Below are positions 38,840-49,872 of a DNA stretch of 64,000 nt, piece after piece. The stretch is taken from NCBI GenBank assembly GCA_963805085.1, contig CAWDTA010000005.1:480001-544000 (forward strand). The letters run 5' to 3'. Every line of letters starts with the position of its first letter. Position 1 is the stretch's first letter. Under the pieces are notes generated by a model that saw only the letters and a program-made list of their open reading frames with translations, did not search any database and was not told the DNA's origin. The translations under genes were made by a program, and so were the position numbers. This DNA comes from an uncultured Veillonellaceae bacterium (GTDB taxonomy: Bacteria; Bacillota; Negativicutes; JARBTT01).

Positions 38840-40006
38840 ATGACGAAGCATAATTTTGATGAACTGATCAACCGGAGAGGTACAGAATGTAAAAAATGGG
38901 ATACTTATGCTGATGATATTATTCCTATGTGGATTGCAGATACTGACTTTAAGTGTCCACAGCCGGTTATTGATGCTATGGTAGAAAGAGCACAGCACGG
39001 TATTTATGGTTATCCTGTAAATGATCAAAATTTTGAAAAATCTATTGTTAATTGGCAGAAAAAAAGGTTTGGTTGGGAGATTAACCCGGATTGGGTAGAA
39101 TATACTCCTGCTGTTATACCTGCTATTATCTATGCAATGTATGCCTTCACAAACCCAGGGGATAACATTGTCGTTCAGATGCCTGCCTATCATCCTTTTC
39201 ATGCCATTATTCCCAATAATGGCAGACATATTCTTGGCAACAGTCTTATTTTACAAAAGGACGGCAGCTATGAAATTGACTTTGATAATCTTGAAGAATT
39301 ATTGAGTAAAAAGAGAACTACCATGTTCCTTTTGTGCAGTCCGCATAATCCTACAGGTAAATGTTTCACAAGAGAAGAATTAAGTAGAATGTCTGAACTT
39401 TGTTTGAAATACAACGTATTTGTTGTATCTGACGAAATTCATTCGGACATAGTTTACAAAGGAAGCAAACATATTCCTTATGGAAGTCTTTCTAAGAAGG
39501 CTGCCGATAACTGTGTGGTTTGCGTTAATCCAAGCAAGACTTTTAACATAGCAGGCGTAAGAACAGGGGCCGTAGTAATTCCAAATCGTCATAACCATGA
39601 TTTGTTTTATGCTCCGCTGGAAAATCTTAAAGCTTACGGCAGAACGATATTCGGTACACTGCCAATCGAAATCAGCTATAATGAGTGTGATTACTATGCC
39701 GATCAACTGCTGGAATATCTTGAAGGAAATCTCGAATATTTAAAAAAATTTCTTTCAGAAAAGGTACCCCAAATTAAAGTAGGAAAGCCTCAGGCGACCT
39801 ATCTAATTTGGCTGAATTGCAAAGACCTGGATATGGAGCCGAAAAATTTACAGAAAATTTTTCTAGAGAAAGCTAAGGTTGCCATGAACGAAGGCTCTAC
39901 TTTTGGCTCTGGAGGCGCTGGGTTTATGAGAATGAATATCGCCTGTCCGCGTTCCAGATTAATTGAAGCACTTAATAGAATAGAAAAAGCTGTAAATATG
40001 CTTTAG
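38840..40006 (+). CDS. MalY/PatB-family PLP-dependent C-S lyase
   Basis: KWD, PMWIADTDF, GIYGY, LCSPHNPTG, SDEIHSD, PSKTFNIAG, RMNIACPR. Confidence 0.9.
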   Translation: MTKHNFDELINRRGTECKKWDTYADDIIPMWIADTDFKCPQPVIDAMVERAQHGIYGYPVNDQNFEKSIVNWQKKRFGWEINPDWVEYTPAVIPAIIYAMYAFTNPGDNIVVQMPAYHPFHAIIPNNGRHILGNSLILQKDGSYEIDFDNLEELLSKKRTTMFLLCSPHNPTGKCFTREELSRMSELCLKYNVFVVSDEIHSDIVYKGSKHIPYGSLSKKAADNCVVCVNPSKTFNIAGVRTGAVVIPNRHNHDLFYAPLENLKAYGRTIFGTLPIEISYNECDYYADQLLEYLEGNLEYLKKFLSEKVPQIKVGKPQATYLIWLNCKDLDMEPKNLQKIFLEKAKVAMNEGSTFGSGGAGFMRMNIACPRSRLIEALNRIEKAVNML

Positions 40007-40156
40007 TGATCATAGTCTAGCAAAATATAGATATTTTGTAAATTTGACATTAGAGTTGATAAAACTGTGCTATTTAGCCGAATTTATCAACTTTTTTGTC
40101 ATAGGAAGAAAAAGTTGATTTATGGAAGGCTTTATTTTAATGGAGGTGGATGATTT

Positions 40157-42124
40157 ATGATAAGAAACACATTACAGATTCGTTTGACAGTTTTGCTGGT
40201 TGTATTTTCTTTTTTAGCTGCGCTGGGAATAGGAAGCGTGAGTACATATATGAATGTTACGGCTACTACACAGAATATACTTAGCAGTAATCAAACTATT
40301 ACAGTGCAGCTTGCCAATGAAATTGAACGGTTTGTAAGTAATGATAGGAGTTTATTAGAAACGCTGGCATTATCGCCTACCGCTTACTCGATGGATGCGC
40401 TAAAGTTCCGTGAAATGATTGTTGCAGCACAAAATAAGAATCCTGAATTTGAAACCATTTATGTGATGGATCAATTCGGCATGCAAATTGCTAAAACAAC
40501 TAATAGCTCACTAAATAGCAAAGCAGGTAAGGATTATTTTAAAAATGCTATTCAAGGTCGTACATATATAACTGATTCTTATATTTCTCAACTAACAAAT
40601 GCGCCAACTATTACTATCTCTACGCCTGTTAAGGATGCAAGCGGGAAAATTGTCGGCGTAGTAGCTGGCGATGTTAGTCTTAAAGCAATTGGGGAACTTG
40701 CACAAAAAGTTGCAATTGGCAAATCTGGTTACGTAGATGTTGTCGATGAAAAAGGAGTTCTTTTGGCGCATCGCGATGAAGAAAAGGTAAAAACACAAGA
40801 AAATATTGCAAAAGAACAATATATACAGGATGTAATTAACGGAAATTTAGGTGTAAAAGAGGGGATATCCTCCGTAGGAATTCCCTCTTTAATAGCCTAT
40901 GCCCCTATTGAAAATTATAAATGGGGGGTAATTGCCTATTTACCTAAAAGCGAAGTTAATAGCATTGTTCAACATAGTGTACTAATAATGACAATATTAA
41001 TGCTCTTTGTTTTAGTGATCGCGGTAGCAACAGCTATGCTTGTAGCAAAAGGGCTATCACATCCAATGCGTGAGCTCGTAAATGGGGCGGGAAAAATTGC
41101 CGACGGAGATCTAAGTCATAAAATTCAAGTGTCTGGTGTGGAGGAAGTTAACCAGCTTGCGGTGTCTCTTGATCACATGCGTGAAGATTTAAGGGGGATT
41201 ATTCAAGAAATTATGAGTTCATCTGACCAAGTGTCTGCTGCTTCTGAAGAGCTTACTGCCAGTGCAGAGCAGTCAGCGCAGGCTACCGGCTTAGTGGCCA
41301 ATACCATCAGTGAACTAGCGCAAGGCGCTGATAAACAGGTAGGTGCGATTGAAACAGCATCTTCTGTTGTCGAACAAATGTCGGCAGGAATTGAGGAAGT
41401 ATCCGCAAATTCCAATACCATGACGACAATCGCTGAGCAGGCAGCAGTGTCTGCGAGCGAAGGCGGCAAATCGATAGAAGCTGTTATGTCACAGATGAAT
41501 ACCATTGAAAAAACAGTGACAACTTCGGCACAAGCTGTGACCCAATTGGGAGAACGTTCGCAAGTGATCGGACAGATTGTAGAAACCATATCGGGGATTG
41601 CAGGACAGACAAATCTTTTGGCATTGAATGCAGCAATTGAAGCGGCACGGGCTGGTGAGCAAGGAAGAGGTTTTGCTGTAGTAGCCGAGGAAGTACGCAA
41701 ATTAGCAGAACAATCACAAGTGGCGGCCAAGCAAATCGCTGAGCTCATTATTGAAGTCCAAAATGAGACAGAAAAAGCGGTGGTGGCCATGAATAATGGA
41801 ACACGGGAAGTTAAGATTGGCAGTGAAGTAGTGAATACGTCTGGACAGGCATTTACCGAAATAGTGGGGCTCGTGAAACGTGTCTCTGGGCAGGTTAAAG
41901 GAATTTCGGCAGCTATGCAGCAAATGGCTTCTGAGAGTGAAACCATTGTTGGCTCAGTGCATGATCTTGACCGCATCAGTAAAGAGGCTTCCGAACATAC
42001 ACAAACTGTATCTGCTGCAACCCAAGAGCAGGCTGCTTCCATGCAAGAGATAGCCAATGCCAGCCAATCTTTAGTTAAAATGGCCGAAGAATTGCAAGGT
42101 GCTGTCAAACGGTTTAAACTATAA
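40157..42124 (+). CDS. Methyl-accepting chemotaxis protein with dCache domain
   Basis: [15 protein letters not shown] dCache-like segment, HAMP, conserved MCP hairpin. Confidence 0.95.
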   Translation: MIRNTLQIRLTVLLVVFSFLAALGIGSVSTYMNVTATTQNILSSNQTITVQLANEIERFVSNDRSLLETLALSPTAYSMDALKFREMIVAAQNKNPEFETIYVMDQFGMQIAKTTNSSLNSKAGKDYFKNAIQGRTYITDSYISQLTNAPTITISTPVKDASGKIVGVVAGDVSLKAIGELAQKVAIGKSGYVDVVDEKGVLLAHRDEEKVKTQENIAKEQYIQDVINGNLGVKEGISSVGIPSLIAYAPIENYKWGVIAYLPKSEVNSIVQHSVLIMTILMLFVLVIAVATAMLVAKGLSHPMRELVNGAGKIADGDLSHKIQVSGVEEVNQLAVSLDHMREDLRGIIQEIMSSSDQVSAASEELTASAEQSAQATGLVANTISELAQGADKQVGAIETASSVVEQMSAGIEEVSANSNTMTTIAEQAAVSASEGGKSIEAVMSQMNTIEKTVTTSAQAVTQLGERSQVIGQIVETISGIAGQTNLLALNAAIEAARAGEQGRGFAVVAEEVRKLAEQSQVAAKQIAELIIEVQNETEKAVVAMNNGTREVKIGSEVVNTSGQAFTEIVGLVKRVSGQVKGISAAMQQMASESETIVGSVHDLDRISKEASEHTQTVSAATQEQAASMQEIANASQSLVKMAEELQGAVKRFKL

Positions 42125-42466
42125 CCGTTCTTTGTAGGCATAATCTGAGGTTCTAAGGCAATGATCAAGCAAGGTTTTAAGAATGATAAGTAGGAGCTAA
42201 AATCGACGTAGTAAGATTGAGAGTAGTAGATAAATAAAAGCAGGGTTTTCCTATTTTTTTAGGAGAACAACCTGCTTTTTTTAATACTATGATTTCTAAG
42301 TTTCGTTAGCAATCTGGAATTATATTATAACGCATCGCATCATGGAAAAATGATAAAAACCAAATTTGGTTGATGATGTAACCAAATTTAGTTTTGAAAA
42401 TGCGCCTGATTTTGATACTTATTATTTAGATTTGTATCTTTATTTGATAACGTAAATAAAATAGAG

Positions 42467-43849
42467 CTAAATACGTATTATTGCCGGCGGCTTCCAGCGA
42501 CTATTAAGAACAATCTGTTTGGGCCAGTACATTCTTAGTATCAGATTAAACGAATTCTCTGGTGTTGGTAACCAATTAGTGATATAATCTTTTCCTGGTA
42601 AAGCGTTTCCGATAAAAATAGTAAGAGACCTATCGGCATTATAGTTTAGCTTGCCAAGATGAGGGCTGATAGCATAGCGATTCATTGGACTTTTTACCAG
42701 ATATCCCTTATCGTTATAGACGGTTATAGACCAAAAGGCGTTAGTTGGAGGGAGCTGCCCGTTATCAAAATGAATCATATAGTTATTGTATCCCACTAGT
42801 GGGTCTTCATTAGCATCGATAAAGGCGGGAGCATAGACTGCATCTTGCGGGAGGTTTGCACCAATTCCCGTCATGGCAATGATCGCCCGTTGCATATAAT
42901 CTACTCCGTAAAATCCCATACCTTTAAAAAGTAAAGACCAACCATTGATGTTATTCTTGGTATACTTCTTTACGGTTTCAGCTTTCATCAGCTTTGCCCC
43001 AAAGTCAGCAGCAAATTCGAGTGCATAGGTAACGGATAGACTTAGGTTGTAGAAATCAAAAGTCTCGCTCGGCACTAAATCTAATGTTGCAAGTTTTCTA
43101 TTCATAGCAGGATCTTCTATCCAAGGTGGATTCATATACATTGCCTTTAGCATTGTCTGAAAGAAGGTAGCAGCATTCATAGCGGTAATTTGATCCACTG
43201 GGTTTAAACTCAGTGGATTCTTTGCGTAATCATCGTTATATTGAGCTTCAAGTTTTCCGAAACAACTAAGGGGAATTAAGGCATAATTATCTTGGATGGC
43301 ATGGACTATCGGGTAATCTTTTGCCCCGTTTGTCTGGGTACGTCCGATAATCCAGACAGTATTAGTAGGAGCTTCAACCCTAATTATCCCTTCAGGGAGG
43401 ATTCCATTCCAATGCGGACCTGTAATTGCATAAAATCCTTCCTTTGTACCAGTTGTACGTGCGCCTATAGATGCGAACACATTGCTCCAAGCATCTAAAA
43501 GTTCCATAAGGTAATATTTGTTATGGGTGTCTGGAACATATAATAAGATAGGTTGTCCGGAGAGATCTAACCACGCCATGGAATAAAGTGTATCGACATT
43601 AGGTCTGATAATTGTAGTATATTGAGGATTTGGAAAAACTCGTTCATTTAAAAATTGATTTTGCTGATATCCACTGGAAAGCATGATGTTCTTCGTTATG
43701 TCCATTAGTACGAGTGGATATCCATAGATATATGCATCTAGTGCCATAAAATTTAGCATATCTTGGTTAACACAAGAGTAGTCCAATACTGCAGAGGGAT
43801 TATAGTAATTATTTACGAAGTTTGGATGATATGACCAACCTTTAGACAT
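42467..43849 (-). CDS. DUF1254/DUF1214 domain protein
   Basis: AYIYGYPLV, RPNVDTLYS.AWLDL, LPPTNAFWSITVY, NWLPTP...LILRMYWP. Confidence 0.88.
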   Translation of the reverse strand: MSKGWSYHPNFVNNYYNPSAVLDYSCVNQDMLNFMALDAYIYGYPLVLMDITKNIMLSSGYQQNQFLNERVFPNPQYTTIIRPNVDTLYSMAWLDLSGQPILLYVPDTHNKYYLMELLDAWSNVFASIGARTTGTKEGFYAITGPHWNGILPEGIIRVEAPTNTVWIIGRTQTNGAKDYPIVHAIQDNYALIPLSCFGKLEAQYNDDYAKNPLSLNPVDQITAMNAATFFQTMLKAMYMNPPWIEDPAMNRKLATLDLVPSETFDFYNLSLSVTYALEFAADFGAKLMKAETVKKYTKNNINGWSLLFKGMGFYGVDYMQRAIIAMTGIGANLPQDAVYAPAFIDANEDPLVGYNNYMIHFDNGQLPPTNAFWSITVYNDKGYLVKSPMNRYAISPHLGKLNYNADRSLTIFIGNALPGKDYITNWLPTPENSFNLILRMYWPKQIVLNSRWKPPAIIRI

Positions 43850-44083
43850 AACAATGTACCTCTCTGAAAAGATTCTATATTACAATTATATTCGCATTCG
43901 CATAGATAAGTATGGAATGGGGGTACTAATTTATTTAGAACTTTTGACTATAGCTATAGAATGAAATCGTTATAATATTGCAATATGTCATGAAAAATCT
44001 TATTATGGAAAATAGAGTAAAGATATGAAGCTATAGAAACTTGTCTTTTAATAGTTTATGATCTGAGAAGGTGGTAATATATT

Positions 44084-44854
44084 GTGAGTTTATTTTCTAA
44101 AAATGCTTTAAATCAATTTAGTGATTTAGATTATGAGGTTTATAATTTTATATTAAAAAATGATGAAAAAATAGCTTACATGACGATTAGGGAAGTGGCT
44201 AATGAAGCTCATGTTTCAACGACTACGATCACTAGATTCTGCAAAAAAATAAATTGTGACGGGTTTTCTGAATTTAAAGTGAGATATAAGCTGGAAGCGG
44301 AGACGAGCCAGAATCAGCTAAAACATTATGATAATTCTATAGTTCTGGATTTTTTGCAAAGAGCAAATACGGAAGACTTTCAAAAGCAGCTTGATAAAAT
44401 TGCAGCTATTATAGCATCAAAAAAGCATGTAATTTTTTTAGGTGTAGGGAATTCGGGAATCATTGCTGATTATGCTACCCGATATTTTTGTAATATTGGA
44501 GTTTTTTCTACAGGTGTTAATAATCCAATGTTTCCAATAAATCTAGAAGTACCAAGTGAAACAATAATCATTACTTTATCTGTTGAGGGGGAGGTTGATG
44601 CGCTGATTAAGAATTCTGAAATATTGAAAAGAAGTAAGGTAACTGTAGTGGCTATTACTAACAGTAAGGATAGTACCTTGGCAAAAATGTCGGATTATAA
44701 TATTTCATATTATATACAAAGAGAGTTAGCTCATAATAATTCATGGGTGAAGGTTGATATAACTTCACAAATTCCAGCAATGTATATCATTGAGTCTTTA
44801 GCCAAATTAACCATACTAAAAAAGAGAAGTATAAAAGTATCCTCCGAAGATTAA
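44084..44854 (+). CDS. RpiR/MurR-family regulator
   Basis: MTIREVANEAHVSTTTITRFCKKI..GFSEFK, SIS domain GVGNSG. Confidence 0.92.
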   Translation: MSLFSKNALNQFSDLDYEVYNFILKNDEKIAYMTIREVANEAHVSTTTITRFCKKINCDGFSEFKVRYKLEAETSQNQLKHYDNSIVLDFLQRANTEDFQKQLDKIAAIIASKKHVIFLGVGNSGIIADYATRYFCNIGVFSTGVNNPMFPINLEVPSETIIITLSVEGEVDALIKNSEILKRSKVTVVAITNSKDSTLAKMSDYNISYYIQRELAHNNSWVKVDITSQIPAMYIIESLAKLTILKKRSIKVSSED

Positions 44855-44973
44855 AAAACACTTTGTTTTTTAGGTGAAACATGTAACTAAACAATCCTCT
44901 TTGTGACTATAGGCGTTATGAATATTTCAATACGTAATAGTTTGAAATATAATATGGTTATAGAAACGGAGGA

Positions 44974-46401
44974 ATGAATATGGAAAAGAATCTGAAAATT
45001 GTAACGATTGGTGGGGGATCAAGTTATACCCCGGAATTAATAGAGGGGTTTATAAAAAGAAAAGATGAACTACCAATTAAAGAATTATGGCTAGTAGATA
45101 TTGAGGCTGGAAAAGAAAAGTTGGAAATTGTTGGTGAACTAACCAAGCGGATGGTTAAAGCAGCAGGACTAGATTGGAACGTTCATTTAACATTAGATCG
45201 TCGTGAGGCATTAAAGGATGCAGATTTTGTTTCTACTCAATTTCGTGTAGGTTTATTAGATGCCCGTATTAAGGATGAGAGAATTCCTTTATCACATGGA
45301 GTTATTGGACAAGAAACAAATGGTGCAGGAGGAATGTTTAAGGCCTTTCGCACAATCCCTGTAATATTAGATATTGTGGAAGATATGAAGGAACTTTGTC
45401 CAAATGCATGGTTAGTTAACTTCGCCAACCCATCGGGAATGGTTACGGAGGCAGTTATTCGCTACGGACATTGGGATAAGGTAGTAGGTTTATGTAATGT
45501 ACCGATTATGTGTAGTAAAATTGCCGCAGCCGCATTAAAAGAAAAAGAGGAAAATTTATTCTTCCGCTTTGGTGGCTTAAACCATTTCCATTGGCATCGT
45601 GTATGGAATAAAGCAGGAGAAGAAAAAACAAAAGAGGTAATTGAAGCTGCATATACATCGGCCGAAGGATTGGCGAAGATAATAGAAGAAATTAAGAGTC
45701 CATTAAGTCCTAATCATAATCCTGATGAAGATGACCAGCAAAAAGCTGGCGTTCAAAATATCCCCAATATTGGATTCTTACCCGATCAAGTTCGTAATCT
45801 TGGAATTATTCCATGTATGTATCATAGATATTACTATATTACAGACGATATGTTGAAAGAAGAGTTAGAAGTCTTTGAGAAAGGTGAAACTCGAGCAGAA
45901 GTAGTAAAACGTACCGAAGCAGAATTATTTGAACTTTACAAAGATCCTAATTTAAGTATAAAACCACCACAACTAGCCAAACGTGGAGGAGCTTACTATT
46001 CTGATGCAGCCTGTGAATTAATTACTTCTATATATAATGATAAACGTAGTCAGATGGTAGTAAGTACGAAAAATAATGGTGCTATTTCAGACCTGCCAGA
46101 TGATGTAGTTGTTGAAGTAAGTTCTATCATTACTTCTAACGGCCCAGTTCCACTTTCATGGGGAGCTTTTGACTCTTCAAGCAGAGGATTGTTGCAACAA
46201 ATGAAAGACATGGAACTCACCACGATTAAAGCTGCGGTAACAGGCGATTATAGTACTGCATTACAAGCATTTACAATCAATCCGCTTGTCCCAAGTGGTA
46301 AAATAGCACAAAAAATTTTAGATGAAATGCTAGTTGCACACAGAAAATACTTACCACAGTTTAGGAATGAAATAGAATTTTTAGAAGGTGCGGATAAATG
46401 A
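44974..46401 (+). CDS. GH4 6-phospho-beta-glucosidase
   Basis: IGGGSSYTPE, GQETNGAGG, NFANP, GLCNVP, GLNHFHW, RGGAYYS. Confidence 0.93.
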   Translation: MNMEKNLKIVTIGGGSSYTPELIEGFIKRKDELPIKELWLVDIEAGKEKLEIVGELTKRMVKAAGLDWNVHLTLDRREALKDADFVSTQFRVGLLDARIKDERIPLSHGVIGQETNGAGGMFKAFRTIPVILDIVEDMKELCPNAWLVNFANPSGMVTEAVIRYGHWDKVVGLCNVPIMCSKIAAAALKEKEENLFFRFGGLNHFHWHRVWNKAGEEKTKEVIEAAYTSAEGLAKIIEEIKSPLSPNHNPDEDDQQKAGVQNIPNIGFLPDQVRNLGIIPCMYHRYYYITDDMLKEELEVFEKGETRAEVVKRTEAELFELYKDPNLSIKPPQLAKRGGAYYSDAACELITSIYNDKRSQMVVSTKNNGAISDLPDDVVVEVSSIITSNGPVPLSWGAFDSSSRGLLQQMKDMELTTIKAAVTGDYSTALQAFTINPLVPSGKIAQKILDEMLVAHRKYLPQFRNEIEFLEGADK

Positions 46402-46462
46402 GTTTATATGCTTTTGCAAATAAACGACCATCCCGCTGAAGAAAAAAGTGACAGTCTCTTGT

Positions 46463-46551
46463 CTTCAAATAGCAAATCACTAGAGAATTTGCAGTTAGGA
46501 TAGTATCATATAACATTCCAAGAAAATGAACAGAAAAATTTATTTATTGAT
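46463..46551 (+). repeat. Repeat family 1, 5' copy E (no hairpin)
   Basis: cttcaaatagcaaatcactagagaatttgcagttaggatagtatcatataacattccaagaaaatgaacagaaaaatttatttattgat. Confidence 0.82.
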
Positions 46552-46642
46552 TTAATACAAAAATTTCAGCATATAGATTAAAAAATATTTTTATAAATAG
46601 ATTTTTAGGTTGCTAGTTCTTTCTTAATAGATTACAATGTAC

Positions 46643-46662
46643 AAATCGTAATATTCTTATTT
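46643..46662. promoter_or_regulatory. Putative Zur box
   Basis: AAATCGTAAT-ATTCTTATTT: left half matches the B. subtilis Zur consensus AAATCGTAATnATTACGATTT, spacing one base short. Lies upstream of ycgR/ycgQ-like genes. Confidence 0.5.
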
Positions 46663-46738
46663 ACTTGTTTACTTATTGTGATTTATGATATATTTTTAGA
46701 AATTTTTATTTGCTTAAAGTAAATAGAGGAGGAGTATT

Positions 46739-47683
46739 TTGGAGATATTCGACTTAAATACGTGGCAAGTTATTCTTAATTTTAAAACAATATTCTTAGG
46801 GATAATAATTGAGGCATTGCCTTTTATTTTAATCAGTGTAATCGTTTCGTCAGTATTACATAATTTTGTTTCCGAAGAACTGATTCAGAGAGTGTTACCA
46901 AGAGATAAAATGTCTAGCATTGTGCTGTCCTGTCTATTCGGTATGATTTTCCCAGCATGTGATTGTGGGATGGTACCAATTGTTCGCAGGCTAGTAAAAA
47001 AAGGGGTACCATTATATTGTGCGGTAGCCTTTATGCTTTCTGCGCCTATTATTAATCCAGTAGTGGCTACTGCTACAGCATTTGCGTTTAATAGTATTGG
47101 CATAGCTGCAGCGAGGCTGGGGATTGCTTTTTTAATAGCCTATATTACTTCGGCGCTCGTCAGTGAAGTATTTACTGGTACGGAGCTAAAGGATGTACAA
47201 TCTACCCATGATCATAATCATGACCACGATCACGATTGTTGTTGTGTGTGTCATTCCCATACTGAGCATAAAATAACGCTACGCGAAAAGTTTTTGAATG
47301 TTTTAGATGATGCATGTAGTGAATTTTTTGAAATGGGCAAGTACTTAATCATTGGGTCTTTTTTAGGTGCGGTGGCACAGACTTTTATATCACGAGCATC
47401 ACTATTAACTGTTGGTCATGAACCATTCTTGTCAATTATCGTAATGATGTTCTTTGCTTTTTCAATTTCGGTATGTTCCACAGCCGATGCCTTTATTGCT
47501 TCCTCATTTAACACTAGTTTTACTACTGGGGCATTAGTTGCATTTATGGTGTTTGGTCCTATGATCGATATCAAAAATATATTGATGCTTTCGCATGCTT
47601 TTCGCTTAAGATTTGTAGTTTTTCTGGTTGTTATAGTTTCACTATTATGCGCCATGGGAACGTATTTGTTTATTAATATATAG
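46739..47683 (+). CDS. DUF318/YcgR-like permease with His-rich loop
   Basis: IIIEALPF, FPACDCGMVP, APIINP, HDHNHDHDHDCCCVCHSH, SVCSTADAF, GPMIDIK. Confidence 0.88.
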   Translation: MEIFDLNTWQVILNFKTIFLGIIIEALPFILISVIVSSVLHNFVSEELIQRVLPRDKMSSIVLSCLFGMIFPACDCGMVPIVRRLVKKGVPLYCAVAFMLSAPIINPVVATATAFAFNSIGIAAARLGIAFLIAYITSALVSEVFTGTELKDVQSTHDHNHDHDHDCCCVCHSHTEHKITLREKFLNVLDDACSEFFEMGKYLIIGSFLGAVAQTFISRASLLTVGHEPFLSIIVMMFFAFSISVCSTADAFIASSFNTSFTTGALVAFMVFGPMIDIKNILMLSHAFRLRFVVFLVVIVSLLCAMGTYLFINI

Positions 47684-47700
47684 ATAGGAGACGGAGGAAA

Positions 47701-48453
47701 ATGTTGCAATTAAACAAAGATGGTTTAGCAAAAGCCTTAATATTATTAGGATTTGTTTTATTATTATTTTCGTTAATTATTACCGATCAATTAACTTTAT
47801 ATGTTCATCCTAGAATTATAACGTTAATAGAACTATCCGATGGTCTACTTTTTATGATGTTTTTACTGCAATGTTGGAATTTAAAAAAGACTTGGAACGA
47901 TTCTACAGATGAACCTAAGCAGTGCGATCGGTATTGGAGATATTTGCCGTTTGTTTTTACTTTGTTGATCGCTTTGATATTACCCAATACATCACTTAAC
48001 GCAAGTTTAGTTAATAATAAAGGATTGAATAATCAAATTATCACTGAAATTTCTAAAAAAGATTATCGACCATTGGCACCTGAGCTTCGGAAAACAAACT
48101 TAATCAAAGTTTCTGATAATAACTTTATTGAAGTAATGTCTGAACTTTATCGTTTTCCTCAAGAGTATGTAGGCAAGGAAATTGATATGAAGGGCTTTAT
48201 CTTTAAAGATGCATCGACACCTCAAGATCATTTTTCTTTAATTCGATTTGTCGTTGGCTGTTGTGTGGCAGATGCTCTTCCTTCTGGCGTTTTGTGCGAA
48301 ATTAATAATGCAGCCGAATATACCAATGGAAGTTGGTATCAAATTCAAGGCATTATAGAAACTAATGAGCGTGAGGGGAAACTTTTTCCTGTTGTTAAAG
48401 TTACGTGGATCAAGCCAATTACAGCAAATACTACTCCGTATGTTTTTCCTTAG
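47701..48453 (+). CDS. TIGR03943/YcgQ-like permease subunit
   Basis: LYVHPR, YVGKEIDMKGFI, RFVVGCCVADA. Confidence 0.88.
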   Translation: MLQLNKDGLAKALILLGFVLLLFSLIITDQLTLYVHPRIITLIELSDGLLFMMFLLQCWNLKKTWNDSTDEPKQCDRYWRYLPFVFTLLIALILPNTSLNASLVNNKGLNNQIITEISKKDYRPLAPELRKTNLIKVSDNNFIEVMSELYRFPQEYVGKEIDMKGFIFKDASTPQDHFSLIRFVVGCCVADALPSGVLCEINNAAEYTNGSWYQIQGIIETNEREGKLFPVVKVTWIKPITANTTPYVFP

Positions 48454-48468
48454 ATAAACACATACCTT

Positions 48469-49755
48469 TTAAATCCTAGAGATCAATTCTTGTTCGGCAC
48501 TGACTAGTTCTACACAGAGCGTAAAGAGTTCCATCGCCTGCTGTAATTCTGATAAAGGTGGGAAAGTAGGGGAGATACGAATGTTTTTATCTTTTGGGTC
48601 TTTGCCGTAAGGGAAGGTAGCGCCTGCCGGGGTAAGTACTATTCCGGCAGCTGCAGCCTTGGCAACAATCTTTTGTGCACAACCAGGCAGGGTATCTAGG
48701 CTAATGAAATAACCACCTTGCGGTTTACTCCAAGACGCTAGGTTTTTATTTCCAAGTTTGGATTCTAAGATTTCTAATACTAAATCAAATTTAGGTTTGA
48801 TAATGGCCGCATGTTGACGCATGTGGCTTTCGATTCCAGCCTGGCCTTTAAAGAAACGGACATGACGTAATTGATTGAGTTTATCTGGTCCAATGGTTTG
48901 GACGCTGATTTGCTTTTTGAGCCAATTTACATTGTTTTCACTACTGGCTAGCATGGCAAGACCAGCACCAGGAAAACTAATTTTGGAAGTAGAGCAGAAT
49001 TCAAAAACCCGGTCAGGGTTTCCTGCTTGACGGCAAGCCTCAAGAATATTGAGTAATGGATCAGGAGTGTCGGTCAAATGATGCACTGTATAGGCATTAT
49101 CCCAGATAATTCGAAAATCTGGAGCTTTGGTATACATTGCTGCCAAACGCTTTACTACTGTATCTGAATAGGTAATGCCAGTAGGATTGCTGTATTTAGG
49201 TACACACCAGATACCTTTAATGGCTGGATCAGTGGCTACTAGCTTTTCCACTTCATCCATATCGGGACCGTCAGCCTGATAGTTGATGGTGATCATTTCA
49301 ATTCCTAAGTTTTCACAAATGGCAAAATGCCGATCGTAACCAGGGCTAGGGCAGAGAAATTTTACTTGTGGCAGTTTGCACCAAGGTGTTTCGCTGCCAG
49401 GAATTTTATGTAGCATAGCTTTTGTGATGAGATCATACATCATTGTTAAACTAGAATTCCCACCGATAATCACTTCTTCGGGGCGTACTTCTAGAAACCA
49501 GGCAAGAAGTTTTTTTGCGTCTGGAATGCCATCCACTCCGCCGTAATTTCGACAATCAGCCCCATTGATAGCTATATAATCAGCTTTATTGAGACAATTC
49601 ATAAGATCCGCAGAAAGATCTAATTGCTGCGTGCAAGGCTTTCCACGGGACATATCTAGTTTAAGTTTTCGAGATTGCACCTCCTCATAGCTACGGGATA
49701 AAGAAGAGTGATGCTTATGTAATTCCGTGTTATTCATTCTTTTTAATTCAGTCAT
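48469..49755 (-). CDS. Class I PLP aminotransferase (actinobacterial-type aspartate aminotransferase family)
   Basis: LDMSRGKP, PGYDRHF, VPKYSNPTG, WDNAY, STSKISFPGAG, GGYFIS. Confidence 0.88.
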   Translation of the reverse strand: MTELKRMNNTELHKHHSSLSRSYEEVQSRKLKLDMSRGKPCTQQLDLSADLMNCLNKADYIAINGADCRNYGGVDGIPDAKKLLAWFLEVRPEEVIIGGNSSLTMMYDLITKAMLHKIPGSETPWCKLPQVKFLCPSPGYDRHFAICENLGIEMITINYQADGPDMDEVEKLVATDPAIKGIWCVPKYSNPTGITYSDTVVKRLAAMYTKAPDFRIIWDNAYTVHHLTDTPDPLLNILEACRQAGNPDRVFEFCSTSKISFPGAGLAMLASSENNVNWLKKQISVQTIGPDKLNQLRHVRFFKGQAGIESHMRQHAAIIKPKFDLVLEILESKLGNKNLASWSKPQGGYFISLDTLPGCAQKIVAKAAAAGIVLTPAGATFPYGKDPKDKNIRISPTFPPLSELQQAMELFTLCVELVSAEQELISRI

Positions 49756-49872
49756 TATTCATCGCTCCTTTACAGTCTCTTTTATTGTAGGACACATAGT
49801 AAATCTAAGTCGATAGATTTCGAATAAGTATCCAGGATACATTTCGATGACTTAACTCATTTGTGGGAAAGA

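Noticed and set aside
41203-42168. 321 aa antisense ORF (and many other short overlapping ORFs in the track)
   Set aside because: Shadow frame of the MCP signalling domain with no RBS or family motif, typical of Ala/Ser/Glu-rich coiled-coil genes.
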